Shown here: positions 53,725 to 61,600 of the stretch, piece after piece
Layout: every line of letters begins with the position of its first letter
Position numbering within the stretch: the stretch's first letter is position 1
Source of the DNA: a virus
IMG/VR virus record: IMGVR_UViG_3300035698_031273
Location: 43,070-107,069 of that record
Length of the DNA: 64,000 nt
Direction: 5' to 3' (one strand)
Translations under genes and position numbers: made by a program
The notes under the pieces: model-generated
Seen by the model: the letters and a program-made list of their open reading frames with translations, nothing else
Database searches by the model: none
What the model was told of the DNA's origin: nothing

Positions 53725-54606
53725 ATGGTGAAAAAAGAATGTTTAAGTTGTGGAAAAGAATTTCAAGTTAGAAATTATAGGGCACAAAAAGGAAAATATT
53801 GTTGTCGAGAATGTGTTAATTTTGGAAAAAGTTTATATAAAAAATGTTTGTTTTGCTCTAAAGAATTTAGAGTTCATAAATCCTTAGAAAAAAGAACTAA
53901 ATTTTGTTCTAAGAAATGTAGAGAAGGTTATCAGAAAAGTAGACGAGAGATAGTTGTATGTGAACAATGTGACAAAGAATTTGAGGTAGTTTTTAGTAAA
54001 AAAGATAAATCTAGGTTTTGTTCTTATGAATGTAAAAAGAAATTTAATGATTCAGATACGGAAAAAGTGTGTGAGATATGTAAAAAGAAGTTTATAAAAA
54101 AGAAATGGCAGTTTAATAGAAGTAAAAAATTCTATTGTTCTAAGAAATGTTATAATACAAGATGTCCCAAAGTGTTTGTGAAGTGTTCGGGATGTAATAA
54201 AGATATGATAATATATCCCTCTAGAAAAAAATACTATAAAAATTTTTATTGTTCTAATGAATGTCGTTTAAAATATGGGTTGATTGGAAAATTAACAGAG
54301 AATAACAACTATAATCTTAAATATCAAAAATTTATAAGAAGTATAAGACATACTGAAAAATATTATGAATGGAAAAAAAAATGTCTTGAAAGAGATAAAT
54401 ATATTTGTAAGATGTGTGGTTCTATAAAAAAAATAACAGTACATCATATGGGTAAATCTATGTATAATTTTGTAATGGAACATAGTTTTGATAAAAACAA
54501 GATTTATAATGATCCTGTTTTTTTTAATATAAATAATGGGGAAACATTGTGTAGAAGATGTCATTTTTTAAAACATATAAAAAAAGGTGGTAATGATGCA
54601 AATTAA
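53725..54606 (+). CDS. Free-standing HNH homing endonuclease with five N-terminal CxxC...(F/Y)CSxxC zinc-finger repeats
   Basis: RDKYICKMCG...VHH...NNGETLCRRCHFLKH HNH core; own SD (AAGGTGA); lies between the two intein halves. Confidence 0.88.
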   Translation: MVKKECLSCGKEFQVRNYRAQKGKYCCRECVNFGKSLYKKCLFCSKEFRVHKSLEKRTKFCSKKCREGYQKSRREIVVCEQCDKEFEVVFSKKDKSRFCSYECKKKFNDSDTEKVCEICKKKFIKKKWQFNRSKKFYCSKKCYNTRCPKVFVKCSGCNKDMIIYPSRKKYYKNFYCSNECRLKYGLIGKLTENNNYNLKYQKFIRSIRHTEKYYEWKKKCLERDKYICKMCGSIKKITVHHMGKSMYNFVMEHSFDKNKIYNDPVFFNINNGETLCRRCHFLKHIKKGGNDAN

Positions 54607-54709
54607 AAAAATAGTAAAAATAGAAGAGTTGGACAACATAGAATATGTTTATGATCCTTGTTGTGATAATCCTCATAATTATATAGCAAATGGAGTGGTT
54701 AGTCATAAT
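54596..54709 (+). other. Split intein C fragment (IntC, about 38 aa)
   Basis: [38 protein letters not shown]: block F (VYD...HNYIANG), block G (SHN), +1 Cys at 54710. Confidence 0.92.
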
Positions 54710-55288
54710 TGTTGTCTTTGGGTTGATGAAATTGAAAAGGGTTTGTCAGGTTTACAAAGTAGTGGTGCTAGTGATAGTGGTACTACTTCTCGTGTTTTGA
54801 GTACATTTTTAACATGGATGCAAGAAAAGGTGGCTCCTGTTTTTGTAGTGGCTACAGCTAATGATCATAGTGCAATTCCTCCTGAATTTCAAAGGGCAGG
54901 AAGATTTGATGAAGTTTTCTTTGTGAATTTTCCTTCGTATATTGAAAGAATGGATGTCTATAGGGTTCTTTTAACTAGAAAAAAATACGATCCTAATAAC
55001 TTTGATTTAGAATTTCTTGCTAATAATTCTATAAATTATAGTGGGGCAGAAATGGAAAAATCTATAGACGAAGCTATGCTTATAGCTTTTATGGATAAAA
55101 AAAGGAAAATAACTAGTGAAGATATTGTTTTTTCCTTAAAAACATTTAAGCCTCTGTACGAAATGAGAAAAGAAGAATTTGATGCAATGACAGAATGGGC
55201 ATCTTCTCGTTGTTTAATGGCAAATTCTCCTGACGATACAAAATCATCGACCCTCAATATAAGAACAACGAGACAACTGGATATTTAA
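54596..55288 (+). CDS. Split-intein C fragment fused to the C-terminal part of the Ycf46-like AAA+ ATPase
   Basis: Start is likely the ATG at 54596 (or 54593) after AAAGGTGG. After SHN come [11 protein letters not shown] (Walker B), FVVATAN and [16 protein letters not shown] (sensor 1, Arg finger). Confidence 0.9.
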   Translation: MQIKKIVKIEELDNIEYVYDPCCDNPHNYIANGVVSHNCCLWVDEIEKGLSGLQSSGASDSGTTSRVLSTFLTWMQEKVAPVFVVATANDHSAIPPEFQRAGRFDEVFFVNFPSYIERMDVYRVLLTRKKYDPNNFDLEFLANNSINYSGAEMEKSIDEAMLIAFMDKKRKITSEDIVFSLKTFKPLYEMRKEEFDAMTEWASSRCLMANSPDDTKSSTLNIRTTRQLDI

Positions 55289-56100
55289 TGAAAGATATTA
55301 CCCCTATAGTAAATAAATACAAAGCAAAATATGCATCTAAGTATTGTGGATTAGATGATATTTCTCAATGTAAAAAATCTCCATGTAGTTGTAGTCTGGC
55401 AGCAGAAATTTCTGCCTATATAGAAGGCATAATCCCTCCAGAGTTTCATTCTTGTTCTTTGCATAATTTTGATGGTGTAACTAAAGGGGGTGATGTAGTT
55501 TTAAGTAGTCAGGAAGCCCTAAGTATAAAAAATAAAATTACAAAATTATGTTGGAATAAAACAGTAAAAGAAATTATCAATTTAACACCAAGAGAATTAG
55601 ATGCTTGTTGTGTTATAGGAGACAGACGAGAAAATGGAGAAAATGTAGCAATTTATGGAGGATCAAAAGAAAAAATTGGTCGTAGTATAATTGCTGCGTT
55701 AATTATGAAATCAGCTATACGTCAAAGGGTTGATCCTGCTCGTTATTTAGATAGTTATGGATGGGTGGAATTCCCTGTATTAAAAAATTTGTTACGTGGG
55801 AAAAGTGATAGTACAGAATCTCAAGAGGCTTTTGAGTATAAAATAGCAGATTGGTTAGTTGTAGATAATATTGACAGTATGTATTATAGTTCACCAGGTC
55901 AGGAAACATTTACAAAAGATGTTATTGATACATTTTTTTATGACAGAATTTATCAAAAACGGAGTACTATATTAATCTTTAGAATAGATATCACTCTTTC
56001 TCCCTATAAGGAAGGTTTTGAAAAATTATTTGGGAAGGCTATGAAACAAATTGTTTTTAGTGACAAATCACACCACATTTGTATTGCACATAAAAAATGA
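55288..56100 (+). CDS. DnaC/DnaI/IstB-like helicase loader with degenerate P-loop
   Basis: N-terminal Cys cluster (C...C...CSC), IPPEF...L..F, AIYGGSKEKIGRS, ADWLVVDNI, FYDR..KRSTILI; directly upstream of dnaB. Confidence 0.6.
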   Translation: MKDITPIVNKYKAKYASKYCGLDDISQCKKSPCSCSLAAEISAYIEGIIPPEFHSCSLHNFDGVTKGGDVVLSSQEALSIKNKITKLCWNKTVKEIINLTPRELDACCVIGDRRENGENVAIYGGSKEKIGRSIIAALIMKSAIRQRVDPARYLDSYGWVEFPVLKNLLRGKSDSTESQEAFEYKIADWLVVDNIDSMYYSSPGQETFTKDVIDTFFYDRIYQKRSTILIFRIDITLSPYKEGFEKLFGKAMKQIVFSDKSHHICIAHKK

Positions 56101-57566
56101 CAAATTATATAGACTGGGAACAACAATTAATAAATTTGCTTATTACATCTAATAAGTCTGTTGAGAAATATTTTGACAGTCCTCTTAGTAGTGAATGCTT
56201 TGATAGTAGACATCATGTTATATTAAAAGCGATTATAATATCACATTATGATAGTGTGCTTTTAACTAGAATTTCTTTTATAAACTATCTTAAAAAATAT
56301 ATTATTTCCAGAAAAGAACAAACTACTCAGGAATTATTATTTAATACAATTTGGTCTCTCGATGTAAATGAGAATGATTTTCCGACTCTTTGCAATAAGG
56401 TGTATGAAGCCTATTTGTCCAGAGAATCAACCAAAATAGTTAAAGAATTTAACAATGAATCAAAGACGAATGGCATTCAACCATCTATAGTTAAAATAAC
56501 TGATAAATTTGAAAGATTAGTTAGTGACAATAGAGATATTGGTAAAAATATTTATGACAATATATTTGGCACAGGAAATGATATTATTCAATATTGGGAG
56601 GATGTAAGGTCAGGTAAGAAACAAGAAGAACCAAAATTACTTTGTGGGATACATGAAATTGATGAGGTGATGGTTACTGGTTTTGCTCCGGGAACATTTA
56701 CCTTATTTTGTGCGGATACGGGTTCATATAAGTCCACTATTATGTTAAATATAGCATTAAATGTCTGGAAACAGGGAAATAATGTTCTGTTTTTACCATT
56801 AGAAATGCCCAAGGAACAGATGTGGAATAGAGCCGTTAGTAGAGAAACAGGAATTAATACGAAATTATTCTCCAATTATAAATCTTTAGATAATGAACAA
56901 ATAGGCATAATAAAAGAAATAAATAAAAAATTTAAAACTGATGATAATCTATTTTTTATGATGAAAAAAGAAACGGCTCCCACCAGTGTAAAGGAGCTTA
57001 AGAGACAAATAGAAAAACATTATGACATATTTAAACCTAAATTAGTTGTGATTGACTATCTAGCAATTATGGAGCCAGATAAATTTAGAGATGGTCGTAA
57101 CGATCTTGAAATTGGAGACATAATAAAGGCGTTACGAAGAATGGGGGATGCTATGGGTTTTGCTATTATATCGGGGGCACAAGTAGGGAGAGAGGCATTA
57201 AAACGAATAAGGAAAAATCAGGAAAAAGCATCTTTTAATTCGGAGGACATCAGGGGCAGTCATGAATACAGTGCTGATTCTGATAATATTTTTGCTATGA
57301 TGAAAGATCCGGCTCAACCTACGGCTTATTTACAAATTTTTGTGGTAAAGACTCGTCAGGGGAGAGGAGTATTTGAAGGTGGGAAAACAAAAGCAATATT
57401 AGAAATAAAACCTCAAATAGGGCTTATTAAATCTAGGGAAGATTATTTTTGTCAAAATAACCCTGAAGATGTGCTTAAGAAGGTAGATGATTCTTTTGCT
57501 ACTTCTCTTAGTGAAATGAGTAGTGGATTAGATGATATTACTGGGTTAGATAATATATTGGATTAG
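56097..57566 (+). CDS. dnaB: Replicative DnaB-like helicase
   Basis: CADTGSYKST (Walker A), LPLEM, VVIDYL, GAQVGR, EDIRGS, VVKTRQG. Confidence 0.88.
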   Translation: MTNYIDWEQQLINLLITSNKSVEKYFDSPLSSECFDSRHHVILKAIIISHYDSVLLTRISFINYLKKYIISRKEQTTQELLFNTIWSLDVNENDFPTLCNKVYEAYLSRESTKIVKEFNNESKTNGIQPSIVKITDKFERLVSDNRDIGKNIYDNIFGTGNDIIQYWEDVRSGKKQEEPKLLCGIHEIDEVMVTGFAPGTFTLFCADTGSYKSTIMLNIALNVWKQGNNVLFLPLEMPKEQMWNRAVSRETGINTKLFSNYKSLDNEQIGIIKEINKKFKTDDNLFFMMKKETAPTSVKELKRQIEKHYDIFKPKLVVIDYLAIMEPDKFRDGRNDLEIGDIIKALRRMGDAMGFAIISGAQVGREALKRIRKNQEKASFNSEDIRGSHEYSADSDNIFAMMKDPAQPTAYLQIFVVKTRQGRGVFEGGKTKAILEIKPQIGLIKSREDYFCQNNPEDVLKKVDDSFATSLSEMSSGLDDITGLDNILD

Positions 57567-57570
57567 ACGG

Positions 57571-58194
57571 ATGATTCCTCCTCATGTAAAATATCTTTTG
57601 GACAGTATTTCTATTGTGAATTATTTAAGTTCTAAGGGGATTAATCCCGTTAGGATTAGTGGTGATAAATATAATTATATTTGTCCTATTCATGACGATA
57701 CAGACCCTTCATTTTATGTTTTTTTAAATGGAGAGCATCAAACATGTAAGTGTTTTGGCTGTGGTTTTTGGGGAAATGTTTTATACTTACAGGCTAAAAT
57801 AGAAAAATTATCTATTCAGACAGTAATATCTAAATTATTAAAAGATAAAAATTTTGAGGGTGAAAATACAAGTGAAGACATAGAATTAGATATTAGTGAG
57901 AATTTATCTGATCAGGGTTATACTCCAGAGGAATTAATTATTTTATTACGTAGAGGTTGTTATAATTATCTTTGTCAGGTTGATTTTGACAAAAAGGAAG
58001 TAAAATTTGTCGAAGAAGTATGTAAGAGGTTTGATAATAGATTACATGCTATGGATTTAAAATCTATGGAAATGATGTATAGATATTTTTGTGAAAAAGG
58101 AATTGTAAAACGGTTGAAAGCATTTAACAGGGAAAAAGAAAAAGAAATTATATTTATGAGAAGTTTGGGAATATATGATGGAAATGGCAATTAA
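57571..58194 (+). CDS. Stand-alone DnaG-type CHC2 zinc-binding domain protein (no TOPRIM)
   Basis: CPIHDDTDPSF...CKCFGCG.WGNV; only 207 aa with no TOPRIM motifs. Confidence 0.8.
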   Translation: MIPPHVKYLLDSISIVNYLSSKGINPVRISGDKYNYICPIHDDTDPSFYVFLNGEHQTCKCFGCGFWGNVLYLQAKIEKLSIQTVISKLLKDKNFEGENTSEDIELDISENLSDQGYTPEELIILLRRGCYNYLCQVDFDKKEVKFVEEVCKRFDNRLHAMDLKSMEMMYRYFCEKGIVKRLKAFNREKEKEIIFMRSLGIYDGNGN

Positions 58195-58729
58195 AAAAGA
58201 AATTAAACAAGCAATTGAAGAATTAGAATTAAATTGTTCTGTAGAAGAATTTCCTAATAAAGTTAATTGGAAATACATTTCTTATTCTCAAAAATTCTCG
58301 GAAGAATTTATAAGAGAATTCCAGGACAAAGTTTATTGGGAATATATTTCTTTTCACCAAATCTTATCAGAAGATTTTATTCGTGAATTTAAAGATTTAG
58401 TTGATTGGCTAAGTGTTTCTGTTCGTCAAAAATTATCAGAAAACTTCATTAGAGAATTTCAAGATTATGTTAATTGGAACATGATAAGATATTCCCAAGA
58501 ATTAAGTTATGATTTTATTATAAAACATATGAACAAATTTGATTGGAAAGATTTAACAATAGGCTTAATAAATGGGACAGGCTTAATAAATGGGACAAAA
58601 ATAAAAAGCAAAGATAATTTTATAAAAGTATTATTAAAAGAAGTTGAATTCAATATTCCTTCTATTGATTATGTTAATAATGAAATAGAATATATGTGTA
58701 AAAATAGATTTGAACTAATGGAGATTTAA
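58175..58729 (+). CDS. Tryptophan-repeat (23-aa solenoid) protein, paralogue 1
   Basis: About 4.5 units of KVNWxxISxxQKLSEEFIREFQD; start may be the ATG at 58184. Confidence 0.8.
   Translation: MMEMAIKKEIKQAIEELELNCSVEEFPNKVNWKYISYSQKFSEEFIREFQDKVYWEYISFHQILSEDFIREFKDLVDWLSVSVRQKLSENFIREFQDYVNWNMIRYSQELSYDFIIKHMNKFDWKDLTIGLINGTGLINGTKIKSKDNFIKVLLKEVEFNIPSIDYVNNEIEYMCKNRFELMEI
58561..58596 (+). repeat. Perfect 18-bp tandem duplication (GLINGT x2)
   Basis: aggcttaataaatgggac repeated twice in frame. Confidence 0.9.
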
Positions 58730-58731
58730 AA

Positions 58732-59106
58732 ATGAAAGACTCAGTTAAAAAAGAAATAGAACAATTAATTGATAAATTAGAATTAAATTGTACTGTAGAA
58801 CAATTTAAAAATAAAGTTGATTGGATAAGTATTTTTCATTGGGAAGAATTATCTGAGGAATTTATAAGAGAATTTTTAAGCGAATTTAAAGTAAATTGGG
58901 ACATTATTTCTACTCATCAAAAATTATCGGAAGAATTTATTCGTGAATTTCAAGATAAAGTTGGTTGGCCTTGGATTTCTATATCTCAAAAATTATCAGA
59001 AGAATTTATTAGAGAATTTCAAAATAAAGTTAATTGGGAAGGTATTTTTACAAATCAAATTTTATCAGAAGAATTTATAAGAGAATTCAAAGATAAAATT
59101 AGTTAG
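58732..59106 (+). CDS. Tryptophan-repeat protein, paralogue 2 (3'-truncated by nonsense codons)
   Basis: Same N-terminus (KKEI..I..LELNC.VE.F.NKV.W) and four 23-aa units. Confidence 0.8.
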   Translation: MKDSVKKEIEQLIDKLELNCTVEQFKNKVDWISIFHWEELSEEFIREFLSEFKVNWDIISTHQKLSEEFIREFQDKVGWPWISISQKLSEEFIREFQNKVNWEGIFTNQILSEEFIREFKDKIS

Positions 59107-59181
59107 CAAAGTATTTCTTATACTTAAAAATTGGCGGAAGATTTCATTAGAGAATTTAAGAACATATGTTTAGAGAAATAA
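59104..59181 (+). pseudogene. Decayed final repeat unit of paralogue 2
   Basis: In frame reads *QSISYT*KLAEDFIREFKNICLEK*. TAG sits at the conserved W (TGG) and TAA at the conserved Q (CAA); the final TAA at 59179-59181 abuts the next ATG at 59183. Confidence 0.75.
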
Positions 59182-59182
59182 A

Positions 59183-59602
59183 ATGCAAGGTGATATTGAA
59201 TTTGAAATTAATTTTACAGACCATACTCTAAAAGAGACGGATGGTAATTATAAGTTGACCAATAAACTTATGGTTTCCGAATTTCCCTTTACAGAAACTT
59301 GGATGCTTAACACAGGAATTATTATAACTACTCCATTTGGAGTTTGTCAGATGGAATTAAATTTTTATAACGATAAAAATATTTATATCATAAATTATAT
59401 ACCTTCTATTGGTGATGTTTTTTATAATCCCGATTTAAGATGTTTGACAGAATGGGCAAAAAGTGCTGGATGGAATGCTCCACGACCTAAAGAGTTTTTG
59501 GTTAAATCTGGTTTAGAATTTTGGAAACATTTTTGGGAAACATTGATAATTGATTCAGATTACCTTGATAATATTTTTGGAAAAAGGGAGCACGAATTAT
59601 GA
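59183..59602 (+). CDS. Hypothetical protein
   Basis: 139-aa ORF, ATGA-coupled to the next gene. Confidence 0.55.
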   Translation: MQGDIEFEINFTDHTLKETDGNYKLTNKLMVSEFPFTETWMLNTGIIITTPFGVCQMELNFYNDKNIYIINYIPSIGDVFYNPDLRCLTEWAKSAGWNAPRPKEFLVKSGLEFWKHFWETLIIDSDYLDNIFGKREHEL

Positions 59603-59817
59603 AAAATCGATTAATTTGTACAGAGTGCGGTAGAAAACATAGTTTTTATAGAGATTCTTATTTGCTACATTGTAAAGATTGTGGAGCAGAACTTCCACCT
59701 CATGATGTTTTCGGGCTGTCAAATCATATTAGAAAACGTAATAAGACATTAGCATCTATGGTGAGAAATTTAATTAAATATAAGTTAAAGGAAAATAAAG
59801 ATGACAATAAAATATGA
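59599..59817 (+). CDS. Small zinc-ribbon protein
   Basis: CTECG...CKDCG; AGGGAG SD. Confidence 0.65.
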   Translation: MKNRLICTECGRKHSFYRDSYLLHCKDCGAELPPHDVFGLSNHIRKRNKTLASMVRNLIKYKLKENKDDNKI

Positions 59818-60397
59818 AAAAATTCCAGAGATAGTTAATTTTGAATATAGACATGGACCAGATGAAGAAGGGAATGGATATACTGTTGAATTAGAGTTTC
59901 GTAGAAAAGAAAACAATGTTTATATAGATGCAGGTTCTAATCGTGAAAAACTAGTTGATGCTAATATGATTTGTGAAATAGCAGATTTTTTACGTGAAAA
60001 CGGATTTATTAAAAATAATAAACCAGTACCAAGGACAGTTTCTTCAAATAAACAATCTAGTTTACCTCTCCCAGTAATTACAAAAGGAGATGGTTCACCA
60101 ACTAGTTATTCTAATAGATCTATTTTAGAAGATTTATCACCAGAAAAAGTAGAGCCTCTTTCAACAGTAGAAACACCTCCAGAAGTATCTAACTTATCTA
60201 ATGATGAACCTTTTGAGACTTTTTCTAGTGCCCCTGAAATAAATTTAGATGTTAAGGTTCCGGGTGAAGATAAAGAAGATACGCCTAAAATTAAAAGAGA
60301 GGTATTTGATGGTAATATGAGTGCAGAACAATCGGCTCAATTAAGAAAATCAATGAAAGATACTGATGCCAAATCAATAAAACGAGTAGACGAGTGA
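59801..60397 (+). CDS. Hypothetical protein with Pro/Ser/Glu-rich disordered C-terminal half
   Basis: 198-aa ORF overlapping its neighbours. Confidence 0.55.
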   Translation: MTIKYEKIPEIVNFEYRHGPDEEGNGYTVELEFRRKENNVYIDAGSNREKLVDANMICEIADFLRENGFIKNNKPVPRTVSSNKQSSLPLPVITKGDGSPTSYSNRSILEDLSPEKVEPLSTVETPPEVSNLSNDEPFETFSSAPEINLDVKVPGEDKEDTPKIKREVFDGNMSAEQSAQLRKSMKDTDAKSIKRVDE

Positions 60398-60609
60398 AAT
60401 ATAATTGTAAAACAATTTCTATTTTAAAAGTACCTCTTAGCACGAAAGGATTGATCGAGGGTTTATGTGATAAGTGTACTACTCGTGATTGTACTAATCC
60501 TGTAGAAAATCGTAAGGTTAGTATTTTGGGTATAAAAAGAGAAATGAAAGTTATTGCAAAAGGACGTAATATTTATATAGTCATACAGTGTGAGGGTTTT
60601 TCCCAGTGA
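60394..60609 (+). CDS. Small Cys-rich hypothetical protein
   Basis: CDKC...C.N...C; GTGA overlaps at both ends. Confidence 0.55.
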   Translation: MKYNCKTISILKVPLSTKGLIEGLCDKCTTRDCTNPVENRKVSILGIKREMKVIAKGRNIYIVIQCEGFSQ

Positions 60610-61463
60610 ATTGGAAATATAAAACGTGGCAAAGAGAAGCAGAACAAGCTGACTATGCCAGAATAATTGAAGGACGGAAGGCTAGTCAATATGTTTGTGA
60701 TGTTCTTAAAGAGGTAAATAAAAAATGCAATCATATAACCTATGAAGATATGCCATTGCCTTTTGATTATGTTGATAGTCTTTTCCCCGATAAAAATATT
60801 AAAGAATTGTCAATATTGTCTCTCTCTTGTTCTAAAATAAGAAACATTTACCAGGAAGTATATAAACGTATGGGCTACGGGGAGAAGAAGTTGCCTTATG
60901 TTGTTGCTGGTTTTTATAATATACCTAGTAAATCTATTGTTGTTGCAAATGATAGAGTAACAAAGGAAAAAATATTTTTGGAAAAAGACGGGCAATTAAT
61001 AGTACAAGGATCAATGAAAATTGATGAAATTATGGTACATGAAATACTTCATTATTGTTATTTTAATGAAGGAATGTCAAATTCTAGTCGGGTTTTAGAA
61101 GAAGAATTTGCTTACGGGATGAGTTTGGAATATATTTTTAGAGAAAATAAAACAATAGAAGATGTCATAGATAAATACCTGCCATTCTTTTTTTCTTCTC
61201 TTGGTATAGATGTTCTTGCAGAAGAATTAAAATATTTAAATAAAAAAGAAAAGTTTTTTGAAGTGAATAATAATAGTGTAGTATTTGATAAGAAAAAGTT
61301 TAAATCATATAAAAAACACATTGAGTTGGTTATTAGACAAATTTTATTCGATAAAGTTGAGAGATTTGTTGAGATATATTTGGAAAATATAAAAATACAA
61401 AAATTAAATAATAATCAAAAACTAGATGAAAAATCTGGAAGATTGGGTTTAATTGATTTTTAA
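60606..61463 (+). CDS. Zincin-type metallopeptidase-like protein
   Basis: AGFY followed by IMVHEILH (HExxH) and downstream EEEFAY (third-ligand Glu). Confidence 0.7.
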   Translation: MNWKYKTWQREAEQADYARIIEGRKASQYVCDVLKEVNKKCNHITYEDMPLPFDYVDSLFPDKNIKELSILSLSCSKIRNIYQEVYKRMGYGEKKLPYVVAGFYNIPSKSIVVANDRVTKEKIFLEKDGQLIVQGSMKIDEIMVHEILHYCYFNEGMSNSSRVLEEEFAYGMSLEYIFRENKTIEDVIDKYLPFFFSSLGIDVLAEELKYLNKKEKFFEVNNNSVVFDKKKFKSYKKHIELVIRQILFDKVERFVEIYLENIKIQKLNNNQKLDEKSGRLGLIDF

Positions 61464-61485
61464 GGATCAAAAATGAGTCCCATAT

Positions 61486-61600
61486 GTCAATTATCCACAG
61501 CTAAAGTATGTGGGCTTGCTCAACCAAGACGGGAGCAATAGGCTGATTGACAACAGCCCTACCAGGGGAACGTATAGTATCCTGGTAATTTAAAACTATA
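61486..61600 (-). ncRNA. Putative TnpB omega/reRNA scaffold overlapping the tnpB 3' end
   Basis: GC-richer structured tract (CAGGA...CCTG, GGGCTG..TCAATCAGCCT, TTGCTC...GAGCAA, right-end hairpin) at the position where TnpB reRNAs are encoded. 5' boundary approximate. Confidence 0.6.

Noticed and set aside
53696-54595. Group I intron interrupting the AAA+ gene
   Set aside because: No room for a ribozyme core (29-bp spacer on one side, overlap on the other); the flanks encode intein blocks instead.
59104-59127. Stop-codon reassignment suggested by in-frame TAG/TAA in a repeat
   Set aside because: Two different stops are involved, the standard code gives full coding density elsewhere, and TAG ends several normal genes.
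58250-59160. ~69-bp periodic repeats with conserved and variable parts, CRISPR-like or DGR-like
   Set aside because: The period is 23 codons, variation preserves the protein, differences are not adenine-specific, and no cas or reverse transcriptase gene is present.
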